From a virus (lineage: Duplodnaviria > Caudoviricetes): a stretch of 56,552 nucleotides of DNA. The position numbers and the translations under genes were made by a program. Shown here in pieces: positions 39,101 to 48,868 of the stretch; positions within the stretch are counted from its first letter, which is position 1; each line of letters begins with the position of its first letter. The DNA is taken from positions 1-56,552 of the IMG/VR virus record IMGVR_UViG_3300005512_000042; one strand, 5' to 3'. The notes beneath the pieces were generated by a model. It saw only the letters and a list, made by a program, of their open reading frames with translations. It was not told the DNA's origin and searched no databases.

Positions 39101-42100
39101 CAATAGATCTCTTTGAATCCCAACCATCTACGATTCCAGTAGAACCATTAGATTTTACGATTTCTTCTGGAATAAATTTGTTATTTTGAAGATCAACCTT
39201 AAAGGTCATCAAATCTTTTTCATTAGTAAGGGTTGCAATAGAGTTGACCTGATCATATGTTCCAAGAACTTGTCCAGTAATAAGTGCAGGAGACATATCA
39301 TATGTTACGGTTGGATCAATACCACCAAAGTTCGGATCAATTTCAACAACTTCAAATAACTTGTAATCAAAGTCATTTGAGTTATAACCCTTAAGATCTG
39401 TTCCAATACCTGCTGCAATACCTGCTGTAACAAAACCTTCAGCAAGAACTTTATCACCAACAGCAAATGGGAACTCTTCTCCAGCAGAATAAAAAGGTTT
39501 GAGTGTTGCTGTAACTCTTTGAGTGGTTTGATTAAACTGAAGATTAGAAACTCTTACGCCATTACCGCCTTCTACTGGAATAATAGTGGGAGGAGCATCA
39601 TTGATACCATAAGTATTTTGAAGAATTTCCACCTGATTAGATTCGAAATTGAATCTTAACTTGATATCATCTACAGGTTTTTCGGTAATCCCGTCCAAAA
39701 CAATCAGATTAGGTTCTGTAGTATAACCTCTACCGAATGAAGAAATACCAACTCTTGCTAATGAAGCAAATGGATCAATCTTGAAGATTTGAGGATAATA
39801 AATCGTAGGTGTTAGTGTATTATCATATGGGAAGTTATAACCAAAATCATCAATAGAGAGTTTCTTGATTGCTCCAATATTATCCCCAATTACTTCTAGA
39901 ATTGCTCTTTCGCCGTTCTGAGTAATTACAGTAGCTATGCCTGGAGAAGTTACATATCCAGAACCAGTGTTTGTAACATCAATTTGAGCAATAGGACCAT
40001 TTGTATGAGTACAATCAGTAACGTAACTGAGAGACGCTTCTCTTGGTCTGTATGAGTCTCTTTCGGGTTTGTCTGGTAAGTTATATGTAAATGTGGTAAT
40101 TCCAATAACTGTAGATACATGCCTACCAGAGAATTGTGATTTTGTAGATAAAATCTCTCCACCGTTAGGAACTTCCATGTCAAACTTATATCCAGATTTT
40201 TGTTCTGGTATAGTTTCATTTGGAGGATTGAGAGGAACAAGATTATAATATAAGAACTCAGGTGTCTCTCTATCAAATCTTAGAGTTGCAGAACCATCAA
40301 CACCGACTACACCACCAATAGTATAATTCAATCTATCATCACGCACTGTTGATTTTTCCCATCTCCTATCAAACTTTTTATCTCCAAAAATATCAAACCT
40401 AAATGCAGGTTTTTTTGAATTTAAAGATGCTTGGTACGCGAGAGATGGGTCAGAAAGATCGAACCTGATGAATCTATTACCATTTGTATCAATCTTTGGA
40501 TTAACTGCTGCGATAGTTCCTGAAGTTGAAGCAAGACCAACTGGAGTTGGAACAGAAGATAATGCATCATACTGAGTTTCGGAAAGATGAAACTTATCTG
40601 CGTTTATCCTAACTACATAGAAAATTCCATTATTAGTTGTAGCAGTGACTGGATACTCGCTAGTATGAATAACTTTATCTCCAGTCTTCAAACCATGATT
40701 AATGATAGTAATGCTATCATTAAGTTCGTTCACGGCATCTTGACTGAACTCTTTTGGATCAATTACAAGTTTTCTATGATAATCATTATAGGCAACTTTT
40801 ACATCTTTAGTTGTACTGGGATTGACATTTATATTGATTGAATGTCCAGAAGATAATCCGTGTGTGGAAGCAGTAGATACAGTAACAAGGTTTTTATTTG
40901 CTTTACCTGTAAGAGTTGGATATTTTGTCTTGAAACTATGAAGTATACCGGAACCTGTTTCTTTCCAATATACCAATCTAGACCCTCTTGAAGTGCTGCC
41001 AACACCAACATAAACACCCTCAGTAGAAAGAGCAACTCTTACAGTTGCGAAACCAACCATATCTTTGTCAAACTTGACAGTGTAGAGTTTCTGACCATCT
41101 AAGACAGTAGTTCCAACACCTACAGCAGTATTAGTATCTTCATATACAATAGAGTTACCATCTCCTCTATTATATTCAACTATATCACCAGTCTCTAAAC
41201 CATGATCCTTAAGATAAATTCTTTGAGATGGTACAAATATTGATGTAATACCAAAACCTGGATTTGAGAAAACAACTGTCTTACCAATACCGAGATCATT
41301 AGTTGCACCAATACCTAAAGATTCATTTGGTACAAAATACAAAACTTTATTACGTTTACTTACAAAGGTTGTTTTTATACCAGCAGTAAAACTAAACTCC
41401 CTTGCATTGACTGTAACAGCAGTTCCTACTCGATGTTCTGCACTTGTAGTTCCAAATCTTTCTCTATGAACTTTTACTCTAGAAGACTCTCTATCAACGT
41501 TGAGAACTCTCATCTTCTCATTATTGATTTGAATAACATCATTAGATCTGATATTATCATCAATTAGAGGACGATTGATAAGATTTATATATGTTACGAT
41601 GCCTGTAGTAGAAGCATCTTCTATTGCAGTTGTTGTAGTTCCTAAACCGACCAAAGTAAAGACATTTGGTCGAATTGCAATATTATATGCACCCTCAAGA
41701 TAATTTGAAGTTGTAGAAAGACCAGTAATCTGAATCAGTTCTTTATTTGCAAACCCTTGAGGATCTGTAGAGATAGCAACAAAGTCACCATCTTTTTTGG
41801 ATGGCAAAATTTCAATATCGTAAACACTAGTAGTATTTGTTATTAGACCGACCGTTTTACCCTTAACAAAAGAGATTCTAGCAGCAGCACCTCTACCCCC
41901 AGTTTGAGCATTATCAAAGAAGATAGCATCGCCTACTCTATAAAAATCTCCTTCTCCATCAATACCATTTTCTGGTGCTACCTTAGTAACTTCATCAATT
42001 TCAGTAAAATTGACGCTTATAGTCTGCTTCAGATCATTTGGAAGGAATACATATGGATAAACAAGATTTTTATCAAAGAAATTATAAGAAGAAGTAATTC

Positions 42101-45100
42101 TACGATAAGGACTTGTGTTTAAGTCATATTCCGTCTGTGTAGAATCCTCAGATAAATTAAATTCATTTGGTTTAGAGTGATAATTCTCTCCAATCAAATA
42201 TGGGAATGAAGGTCTCTTATAGTTTTGGAAAGGACCATCCGAATCTGTCAGTTCTTGATAAGTTGCAAAATATGCATAAGTTCCATTGGGGAATTCTGGT
42301 GTTATGCAATATCTTCCATTATTTTCATCCAGAACAGAAATATCATTAGTCTTATAATATACAAAGTCTTCAACAAAGAAACCGGGTGGGAATCCAGAGG
42401 GTCTATTGGGAAGAATTGAGGAAGACTCTCTATAACCAGACTTCAACTGAATTGCAACACCACCCTCTTGAGTAGAATAACCATATGGACCATAGATTGG
42501 ATTACCATCATATGCCCAACCAATAATAGGTGAGTGATTATCAGAAACTAATTCTGTGCCATTAAATCTAAGATCTGTAAGACCATAGAGTTTCTCCCCA
42601 TTTTGGTCCAGTGAATATAAACTCTTTCTGAGTTCTCTTGGTCCATACATATGAGCATATTCAATGCCATTGCTTGCCTTATTAGCAACATCAAGAATAC
42701 CATCATCAAGAGTAAAGAAATCAAAGTTTTTTGTGAATAAATTTATTTTCCATTTTTGAATATTGCAATCAAACTTTGACCTTGAAACTATCTGTGGAGG
42801 AGTTGCCGTAACAGATACGTTATCTTGATCATAACCTACTCCAGGTTCTACAACAAATATCGATACAATTCTACCATTATCCATAACAGGAGTCAGAATT
42901 GCACCATTACCTGGACCAATGATATTCAAGTCTGGAGTAGAAACATATCCAGAACCAGAATTCATTACGATAACTTCACTAATGCCTCCGTTATATACGA
43001 TAGGTTTCAATTGAGCATCTTTGCCCTGAGAGAAAGTAATGAATGGTTTTCTATGATAATTGATGATATCAGTTACACCATAACCAACACCATGATTTGC
43101 AATATTTACTGCGGTAATTTCACCACGGAAAATTGGTTGAACTCTAGCAACAAATGTTTCATTACCGGTTGAAGCAAGTCCAACTTTACCCGTAAGTGTT
43201 ACGGAAATAGGTGGATAATTGAACGTATGCGTGCCTACACCAGAATATGAGAGTTGCTTGAATTGACCTGTCTTTGCGTAGAAATCTTTCTGAATTGTTC
43301 CTGTTCCAGTTTCAGAAAGTTTGAATTTATCATTATCAACAACGGTTACATAATACTCTGTTGTAGAGTTGATACCACTAATTTGATTTGCTGTTCCTTC
43401 AGTGCTACCAAAATATTTCAGAACATCACCAGTGGTATACCCATGATTCTTAATATGAATAGTATTGTTTGAAGTTTGAATGCCTGCCGGTTGTGCAAAT
43501 GTCTTTCTATTCTGATAACCATCACCACCATCAATAATATTGAATGCTTCTACAACATTTTTCTTTGTAATGGACCTAAGAACATGTTTACCTACACCAA
43601 GACCACTATATCTAATTGTATTGATACCTGAGATAGCATCAGATAGTTTATTGTAAAGTTTGATAGTTGTAGCATCAATAGACTTCACATAATACTGAGC
43701 ATTTGTCGTAAGACCGACAATATTTCTCTGTCCGTTTGTTTTATATTGTACTACTTCAAAATCTCTAAATTTATGATAAGTAGAAAACCCAATTGTTCTA
43801 CCAGATTCAGAAAGGTTGACAAAAATGCTAGAAGACCCATCAAATTCTGTTTGATGGTCAAGCGCCTTCATCATAACTGATACAATTGCGCCAGAACCAT
43901 TACCCCCAGTAATACTTACGATTGGAGGTTCTTCATAATCAAATCCTCTATCAAGAATGCGAATTTCTTTTAAATCACCAGAAACTGCTAATGCACCTGA
44001 TGCCTGAGAACCAAAATCATCAGTAATGATCAAATTAGGTGGATTTATGACATCAAAGTTTTTATCTGTAGAAGTTACTTCAATATCTTCAATTTTTCCA
44101 TAATATACGTTATCGTGAGACTTGTAATTTAAGATTTCGACACCATTTAGCAACATTCCGGTATAACCGGAATGTGTTGGATAAATTCCACTAACTTCCT
44201 CAGGAGTATTGAACTGTCTAATCAGTTTTTGAGTAGAAAGATTTTTTTCATAGAATTGTTCTTTCTGTATTGTATTACCAGCAACCGTTACTGGTTCTTC
44301 AAGCGAAATAAACTTGGATTGGTCTGGATTTATCAAAGAGAAGTATAAATCTTGCAAACTCTGTGCAAGCTTGATGTTATTTCCGTCAACACGATATGCA
44401 TAATACAAACCATCTTCAAATAACTTAGATGCAGTCTGTAAAGAGACAGTATTTCTGTACAATTCACTATAACTTGAAATACCGACCTTCTGAGAGGAGT
44501 ACCATACCTCATCACCAGTGAAAAACCCGTGCCCGTTGACTTTGAAGGTGTCTCCTACAAAAGTTCCTGTTACTTCTTTGATGTGACTGGGAAGAAGAAT
44601 CTTATAATTTGGTAAAGATGATGATGCAATCAAAAATGAATCATCAGAGTTATCTTTATAGACTCCCTGAACATTTGAAGTCAGATTATCAAGACCTTGA
44701 TAGTAATCTGCCGCAGGTCTTTCAATATTACGTCTAAGAATATAAGTTCTTGAAATATCAAGAGTAGAATCTGCAAAAATCTTCAGAGAACGGTCATTAA
44801 TTAAAGAACCAATTCTAGAATTTACAATTAAACCATCATTTCTTTCAATTTCAACAACATCTCCAACATAAACGTAATGTGGATTATTTAAATTTACAAT
44901 ATATGAGTTATCGGACAGGTCTGCTACTGAAATAGAATTAACAGTATATACAGAGCGATTATTTGTCAACCAAGAAACTGCTTTGAACCCAGTATCACCA
45001 ATTCCAAGAGTTTTGATTCTTCCGATGTCACCTTTTCTGTAATAATGATTGTTTTCAGGAACAGATGGTAAACTTAGAATATTAGTTATTCTAACTTTAG

Positions 45101-46283
45101 TATCTCCGCTGTAAGCAAATATATCATTATCAGCGATTTCCGTTTCGCGAGGTATAGGTCTTAAAATAAGATCAGTATCAGTGAATTGAGTTAGATTTTT
45201 GGAACCATAATAGATAACACCAGACCCACCATCTCCATACTGAACAAATAAGTTGCCCGTTTGAGCAAATCCAACAGTTGAGTCAACATCAATATGTGAG
45301 GAACCTACAGCAACAGAAGTTGTGATTTTAGTTTTAGGTGTTGGTTTGAATTCACCATAAACACTACCATCAACTCTCAGGTTTCTATTGTAACCTGCAT
45401 CAATATCAAGTCGATAATAGGTTTTTCCTAATCCAGGTCTCCCAACAGTCTCTACATATGCGATTGGAGCATATGATTTTGTCGGTTTATCTTGAAAAAG
45501 TGTTAAATTGACTAGTCCTGAGGGATCTCCAGTTACTTCTTCAACAATAATACTTTCAACTTGGTCATAATTAGCATCTGAAGGTCTAAAAAGTTGCTCT
45601 GATGGAGATAAAAGTGTTACATTTTCACCATAAAGCACTTTGAACAGAATTTTAAACGATTCTTCAGTGCCTTTTGACGCATAAAAGTCTTTTGACTGCT
45701 TAACAAAGATATTTTGGTTAATACCTGAGTAAAATTCTCTGTCTTGGAACCCAGGAGCATAGGTAGCTTTGATTTTTTTAAGAAATTCTTGCAAAAACAG
45801 AACACTTAGGTTCTGAATTTCGTCTCCTTTAGAGTGTCTTTGTGAGTTTGTGTCCTCAAAAAGAACTTCTTCGGGACTTCCTTCCTTTTTGAGATCACAA
45901 ATGCCACTAAAACCTCTTACACACCCGGTAAAAGTAAAATCAGTCTTTCCAGTGTAGGTAATAACTTCATCACCAATCTTGATGAGACCATATGTGTCAG
46001 GAAAACCATATGTCCCAAGAGGAGATATCTGTTCATCGACTTCAATTGTTTTTGTAGTAGAATTTGTATTGTTTTTTAGGACAACACTGGTGTTCAGATT
46101 GGTAACATTGTCGATCTTTATATAATCATCAATATTATCAATCAAGTCTACAGGAGCACCTTGATACTCAACGCCTCTATAATACTGTTGCAGAAATTCT
46201 GCTGCTACTGGATAATCGCTCTTTACGTAGTCAGGTAACTGACTCTGAACGATAGTGCTGATTTTTACTCTTGTTTCTGTCAT
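33186..46283 (-). CDS. gp7: Giant baseplate wedge initiator, gp7-like (4365 aa)
   Basis: Between gp6 and gp8; SQLP.YV, FY.SKGTE.SFKILFK.LYG, YYQNFSYSLKS, HPVG motifs. Confidence 0.85.
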   Translation of the reverse strand: MTETRVKISTIVQSQLPDYVKSDYPVAAEFLQQYYRGVEYQGAPVDLIDNIDDYIKIDNVTNLNTSVVLKNNTNSTTKTIEVDEQISPLGTYGFPDTYGLIKIGDEVITYTGKTDFTFTGCVRGFSGICDLKKEGSPEEVLFEDTNSQRHSKGDEIQNLSVLFLQEFLKKIKATYAPGFQDREFYSGINQNIFVKQSKDFYASKGTEESFKILFKVLYGENVTLLSPSEQLFRPSDANYDQVESIIVEEVTGDPSGLVNLTLFQDKPTKSYAPIAYVETVGRPGLGKTYYRLDIDAGYNRNLRVDGSVYGEFKPTPKTKITTSVAVGSSHIDVDSTVGFAQTGNLFVQYGDGGSGVIYYGSKNLTQFTDTDLILRPIPRETEIADNDIFAYSGDTKVRITNILSLPSVPENNHYYRKGDIGRIKTLGIGDTGFKAVSWLTNNRSVYTVNSISVADLSDNSYIVNLNNPHYVYVGDVVEIERNDGLIVNSRIGSLINDRSLKIFADSTLDISRTYILRRNIERPAADYYQGLDNLTSNVQGVYKDNSDDSFLIASSSLPNYKILLPSHIKEVTGTFVGDTFKVNGHGFFTGDEVWYSSQKVGISSYSELYRNTVSLQTASKLFEDGLYYAYRVDGNNIKLAQSLQDLYFSLINPDQSKFISLEEPVTVAGNTIQKEQFYEKNLSTQKLIRQFNTPEEVSGIYPTHSGYTGMLLNGVEILNYKSHDNVYYGKIEDIEVTSTDKNFDVINPPNLIITDDFGSQASGALAVSGDLKEIRILDRGFDYEEPPIVSITGGNGSGAIVSVMMKALDHQTEFDGSSSIFVNLSESGRTIGFSTYHKFRDFEVVQYKTNGQRNIVGLTTNAQYYVKSIDATTIKLYNKLSDAISGINTIRYSGLGVGKHVLRSITKKNVVEAFNIIDGGDGYQNRKTFAQPAGIQTSNNTIHIKNHGYTTGDVLKYFGSTEGTANQISGINSTTEYYVTVVDNDKFKLSETGTGTIQKDFYAKTGQFKQLSYSGVGTHTFNYPPISVTLTGKVGLASTGNETFVARVQPIFRGEITAVNIANHGVGYGVTDIINYHRKPFITFSQGKDAQLKPIVYNGGISEVIVMNSGSGYVSTPDLNIIGPGNGAILTPVMDNGRIVSIFVVEPGVGYDQDNVSVTATPPQIVSRSKFDCNIQKWKINLFTKNFDFFTLDDGILDVANKASNGIEYAHMYGPRELRKSLYSLDQNGEKLYGLTDLRFNGTELVSDNHSPIIGWAYDGNPIYGPYGYSTQEGGVAIQLKSGYRESSSILPNRPSGFPPGFFVEDFVYYKTNDISVLDENNGRYCITPEFPNGTYAYFATYQELTDSDGPFQNYKRPSFPYLIGENYHSKPNEFNLSEDSTQTEYDLNTSPYRRITSSYNFFDKNLVYPYVFLPNDLKQTISVNFTEIDEVTKVAPENGIDGEGDFYRVGDAIFFDNAQTGGRGAAARISFVKGKTVGLITNTTSVYDIEILPSKKDGDFVAISTDPQGFANKELIQITGLSTTSNYLEGAYNIAIRPNVFTLVGLGTTTTAIEDASTTGIVTYINLINRPLIDDNIRSNDVIQINNEKMRVLNVDRESSRVKVHRERFGTTSAEHRVGTAVTVNAREFSFTAGIKTTFVSKRNKVLYFVPNESLGIGATNDLGIGKTVVFSNPGFGITSIFVPSQRIYLKDHGLETGDIVEYNRGDGNSIVYEDTNTAVGVGTTVLDGQKLYTVKFDKDMVGFATVRVALSTEGVYVGVGSTSRGSRLVYWKETGSGILHSFKTKYPTLTGKANKNLVTVSTASTHGLSSGHSININVNPSTTKDVKVAYNDYHRKLVIDPKEFSQDAVNELNDSITIINHGLKTGDKVIHTSEYPVTATTNNGIFYVVRINADKFHLSETQYDALSSVPTPVGLASTSGTIAAVNPKIDTNGNRFIRFDLSDPSLAYQASLNSKKPAFRFDIFGDKKFDRRWEKSTVRDDRLNYTIGGVVGVDGSATLRFDRETPEFLYYNLVPLNPPNETIPEQKSGYKFDMEVPNGGEILSTKSQFSGRHVSTVIGITTFTYNLPDKPERDSYRPREASLSYVTDCTHTNGPIAQIDVTNTGSGYVTSPGIATVITQNGERAILEVIGDNIGAIKKLSIDDFGYNFPYDNTLTPTIYYPQIFKIDPFASLARVGISSFGRGYTTEPNLIVLDGITEKPVDDIKLRFNFESNQVEILQNTYGINDAPPTIIPVEGGNGVRVSNLQFNQTTQRVTATLKPFYSAGEEFPFAVGDKVLAEGFVTAGIAAGIGTDLKGYNSNDFDYKLFEVVEIDPNFGGIDPTVTYDMSPALITGQVLGTYDQVNSIATLTNEKDLMTFKVDLQNNKFIPEEIVKSNGSTGIVDGWDSKRSIVRISSTDEFKSGEILVGQTSKSRGQLGELKSNFIADCKFGANIQNTKGFKTEAGFLNRNLQKIQNSKYYQNFSYSLKSRVPYEVWNDPISSLNHPVGYQKYSDHQIESTAGRNDTISGNESVLIAIKEFTTEVDINCVNYFDMVTEDAFAAQKGGLVSKEIIFNSKIIKRYQESINNRVLLIDDISSQFSHRPRNEEFVNVNKFDLDDIRAQRYFFLIRDKRFTSQRQMSTVDIIHDNNLGYINQYAILDTVGELGFFDFTVDSGEGIIRFYPNPAYVLNNDFDIVYLSYQLDDAISGVGSTSIGSLVHVNTFSTPFQAGVTTTIVSMGTSSTTQKIFLCVNPDTGETNTEFAMNTLTIVSNGVDKIEASSYGMLDTSLDDRVSSGFGTFSPIINGSNIDLQFHPSSVGVGTTGVINAIVVALADSSYTGVQTSTNPHGDTTANTTTIAASGTPTATQIASYTFVPDNDEIHGCKYNIQVADTTNNEYMSVEMSAIDTINAVGIASDVYITEYAETYTGSAGLGTFDARVRDFLHVDILFTPNPGINIVTNALQSKLKIGADLVEPSIVPLGGNKNIKRDSTTYLGTLNDVRVSFPIKHEGLRVFERVFDGSDPNIVDVDLNIIKIPNHYFATGEKVLYSRFNVNDVTSSIGIAQSTFSGIGATEYLPDATESEVYIVRVTDEEIRLAASAADAQAPVPRTLDLTTVGTGVSHKFVTTNQDARVMITVDNIIQSPIVSTAVTTALAEQMLTTKDFVRVSGITSFFSADFIKINNEIMKIASIGIATDPNVFRVQRGRVGTDLEVHGIGSTVFKVAGNYTITDSVLNFVEPPFGITPLPGNDPDEQDWTGIATGSSFHGRVFMRGPVGGAQTHSYEKNKIFDDVAPKFDGFESQFALTSGSQNVSGYTNDNAVLLINGIFQPPGLQVANTAVYRITEPSSGISSASFYGDRQAIGYDVGVSSFPRGGVIQAIGTTEGLGYQPLIGAGGTAIVSLGGTIESVSVANTGSGYRVANNYDILTDINHPIPVGFQTIYLENQNSVLGILSAYSETGTFSDHGARIAISTYMFPTPITAVGDTYVEIGVGATTGIPITSGSQVSIGITTPQLGFVNIDALIEYADVLSATYNPVTGISTITLDGEYGFEVGETIRFADGSFKFKCSSDNFQTVKSYPRPTDPTYRRPVTINVATRDTIEVNLGTSPRVYYTPTDATYDSATGILVLTIGSHNLLPTQGVSLATDSLTFTCSKDGNTTNHTYPRATDPAAGRTIDIISVTSTTITLNVGASSADDQYAHTFVSAASNALIAGGQYIHQWTGGISRKAILREGTNNRVHVGFSTIITGTGHISTASSITNPGYGFSTGVVFEGPRAYDNLPLIYSNDNGIVGPGTEATISIVVGQGSSIIDADMRNNGYSYGNNEILTVETGGLTGIPTTGSFKEFQVTIERVHGDRFNGWSIGQIQPLDSVESYIDGRRRIFPLFYQGESYTILAARGSNIDIEQTLLVFVNDVLQIPNVSYIFRGGSRIFFTEPLTVGDSLRIYFYRGNGVSDVIDRDVIQTIKEGDVVRVQSDERDLNENPRTVSEVLSSEVAETVPYYGPGNVNDPNLLRPLVWCKQTEDKFVQDNLITKDRTFYEPIINPMGNLIKNVGAADTIFYLDSVRPAFDSNLESPVNRSFQNKVTILSKNSTVAASATATVSGFGSITALTITNPGSGIGTAAVSIAATVGFGTGSGTATANLNLSGGQVVGSHIINPGAGYTRSNPPAVLITPPTTTFENCDVFSYTGDEGRIVGFATTSVSSEFRMVFDLMIPSPSLIFDTTDIITGGGIVSVTNMEVGDYFVVNNSNVGVASTSIQSLDSSGTVIGIGTEYFDNVYEVRAIHQEQVEVGGITTSVKRVHVRVEDNFPEGYDFTANSGMTTSSLYFGNYTWGKVIISLRTGSSEYTAQTMSGVGGLSTSSTVNRFEELRFANYTVQ

Positions 46284-46298
46284 TTTATGCGTTGTTTA

Positions 46299-48443
46299 TT
46301 AGTATCCTGAACCACCGGAAGAATAAGAACTACCGCCACCTGATGAACCACCACTTGTTTGTGTGGTTTGTGTACCACCAACACTTTGTGTGCTGGTAAC
46401 TACACTACCCTGTGATTGTGTTGTGCCACCAGTACTGTATACTGGAGATTGTGTTGCGTTTACACCGCCTCTAGTCAATGCATTTGTTACATTATTGCCA
46501 CCAGTTACATTAGAACCACCAGAGCGAACAAGTGAACCATTTGGATAACTTGAAGAAGTAATAAAAGTTGATGCTGAAGAGTCAACACCAGATGATATAT
46601 CATCAACAATCATATCAAATATACTATTACCTATATCTAGTTGCAAATAAAGATCCTGTAATCCGACAACATCGTTAGAATGTGGGTTTGCTGAGATCTC
46701 AACAACTGTTTGACCATCAACTTGTTTGCCTGAAACAATATTTACAGGATTCAGAGTCACAATACCTCTTACATAATCGATTCTTCCAACGTTTCGTCTA
46801 ACAATCTGTGGAGTTTGTGAGTTGGGAGTTGGAACAGTAAAGAAGAATAATGAACCTGTGAGTCTATCTGCATTAGGAAGATCACTCAAATACAAATCTT
46901 GCTCAACACCACTGATTCTAAAAGCAGAAGATTTGATATTATAACCAGTAATGTTCTTGATATGGAAGCGATTACCAAAACCAATGGAGTATTCTGCGAA
47001 AGTATTTACAACAATTCTCAAATCTCTTCTGATTGAAATATTAGTAATGTTTGAAGTTACTGCTTGATCAGTCTCATCAAGGATTTTGAGGAATTTACTA
47101 TATTTGAATCTTGCTCCATATCTATTTAATTCTGTCGAATTTGCGTATTTTTCAGCATTTTCTTGAATTTTGCCTCCAAGTAACTGAGAAGATGACGTAT
47201 AATTTGAATTATAGTAAACTTTTGAGTCAACTTCAATGAACAAATACTTCAAATCAAGGATTTCAGTCACAATTCCAGCAACTGAATAGTTCTTCAACCT
47301 TGTTTTGATGTTCTCTTTGATCAAATTTGGAATAAAATCACCAAATCTGGGTTTAATACTGATAAAAACTTTACCATATTGAGGTGGATTGAGTTCTTCA
47401 CCACCAAAAACGGAGATTGACTCTGCTTCTGGGTAGATTTTAGTCGGAATTAGTGCTTCATAGTCACTAGAAGTGACTGCTCTGTTCTGTGTTGAATAAA
47501 CATTAGGTGCAAATTTCTTGATTGACTCTACAGACTCAATCGTATCGCCGCCAGATGACGTAACGCCAGTGGTCAACAACGAAATACCACCAGCAACAGT
47601 GTATTCATTAGAGTTTCTAACGTATGTAAGACGACCTGAGAAGTTGAAATTTGCTACTCCATTGCCTGCTTCGCCATTTGTGACGATATAATTGGTTGTA
47701 ATGTAGTTTCCATCCTCTAATTTGCGACCAAAAATACCATCACCAAAGAAAATCTCATATCTTTCGTCTTCAATCTCTTGCATATAGTAGATATTGGAGA
47801 TTGAATTTACTTGGAAGAGGTTATTTTGTAATGCATAACGAGTTGTGATGTTTGTATCTTCATTTTGCTTCACGAAAACAGACATCAAATCAGTATCAAT
47901 GCCTGCATTTGGTAAAATAAACTTCTGATATGGTGTTCTACTATTGTAAGTAAAGTTCTGACTGACTAAAACACCCTCATAAATGGGGACATTCGTGAAA
48001 GTTGCTAACCCATTCTGAATCGGAACCGTAATATCGTCTAATATTGAGAAAATAAACGAACCAGAATTGAATGTTCCTGATGATGTCGCAACAGGACCCT
48101 TCTTCAATGTCAATGATGTGGGTGCTGGAACTACATCAGCAACATTTACATAAAAACTTATCGTAGCACGCGCTGCTTTCTTTGATCTAGGTATATAACC
48201 AATCGTTCTTGCGATTGATACTACGTTCTCTCTGAGTGTAGCACTATCTAAAAATACTTCATTTGCCACCATATTGGCATTATATGAAGTAATATAGGTA
48301 TTATATGCTAATACATCAAGAATTGTCGAAAGGTTAGAACCTTCGAAGTCATAATCCGTAAAAGTCGAATTAGCCTGTAAGTAATCCTTGAGTGATTGTT
48401 TGACCTGACCAAAGTCTAGGTTCGTATAATTGGTTAATGGCAT
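46299..48443 (-). CDS. gp6: Baseplate wedge subunit gp6
   Basis: LDF, TDYDFEGS, LAYNT, FGDG, QNRAVT..DY; G/S/T-rich tail. Confidence 0.96.
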   Translation of the reverse strand: MPLTNYTNLDFGQVKQSLKDYLQANSTFTDYDFEGSNLSTILDVLAYNTYITSYNANMVANEVFLDSATLRENVVSIARTIGYIPRSKKAARATISFYVNVADVVPAPTSLTLKKGPVATSSGTFNSGSFIFSILDDITVPIQNGLATFTNVPIYEGVLVSQNFTYNSRTPYQKFILPNAGIDTDLMSVFVKQNEDTNITTRYALQNNLFQVNSISNIYYMQEIEDERYEIFFGDGIFGRKLEDGNYITTNYIVTNGEAGNGVANFNFSGRLTYVRNSNEYTVAGGISLLTTGVTSSGGDTIESVESIKKFAPNVYSTQNRAVTSSDYEALIPTKIYPEAESISVFGGEELNPPQYGKVFISIKPRFGDFIPNLIKENIKTRLKNYSVAGIVTEILDLKYLFIEVDSKVYYNSNYTSSSQLLGGKIQENAEKYANSTELNRYGARFKYSKFLKILDETDQAVTSNITNISIRRDLRIVVNTFAEYSIGFGNRFHIKNITGYNIKSSAFRISGVEQDLYLSDLPNADRLTGSLFFFTVPTPNSQTPQIVRRNVGRIDYVRGIVTLNPVNIVSGKQVDGQTVVEISANPHSNDVVGLQDLYLQLDIGNSIFDMIVDDISSGVDSSASTFITSSSYPNGSLVRSGGSNVTGGNNVTNALTRGGVNATQSPVYSTGGTTQSQGSVVTSTQSVGGTQTTQTSGGSSGGGSSYSSGGSGY

Positions 48444-48445
48444 CT

Positions 48446-48847
48446 TTACCTAGTTGGTTGCAAAATAAATTGAAGATCCTGTGGTTCAATATCAAGTCCT
48501 ATAATTTCATATGTAAGAGTTACATCAAGTGCTCCATTATCTTCATCTGCACTTACACCACAATCAACATATCTAACTCTTGGTTCAAACCTTTCAATTG
48601 AATACTGAATTTGAGATTTGATTACATCTGCAGTCAGTACATTCAAATTTTCAAATAATGATTCACTGATGTTAGTTCCATAATTTGGATCAAAAAATTT
48701 CTCACCAGGTGTTGTAAGTACAATATTACGAACTGAACGTGCAATCGCATTCGCATCCTTTAGTACAATCAGATCATCCGTCAATGGATTTGTCTGAAAT
48801 GACATACTAATATCTTTGAATCCTTGACTAATACGCTCTAGCGGCAC
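48446..48847 (-). CDS. gp25: Baseplate wedge subunit gp25
   Basis: FKDISMSF..NP, AI.RSVRNIV.T.PGEK.F, FEPRV; late promoter at 48870-48877. Confidence 0.95.
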   Translation of the reverse strand: MPLERISQGFKDISMSFQTNPLTDDLIVLKDANAIARSVRNIVLTTPGEKFFDPNYGTNISESLFENLNVLTADVIKSQIQYSIERFEPRVRYVDCGVSADEDNGALDVTLTYEIIGLDIEPQDLQFILQPTR

Positions 48848-48868
48848 TTAACATACAGCAATTATGAG

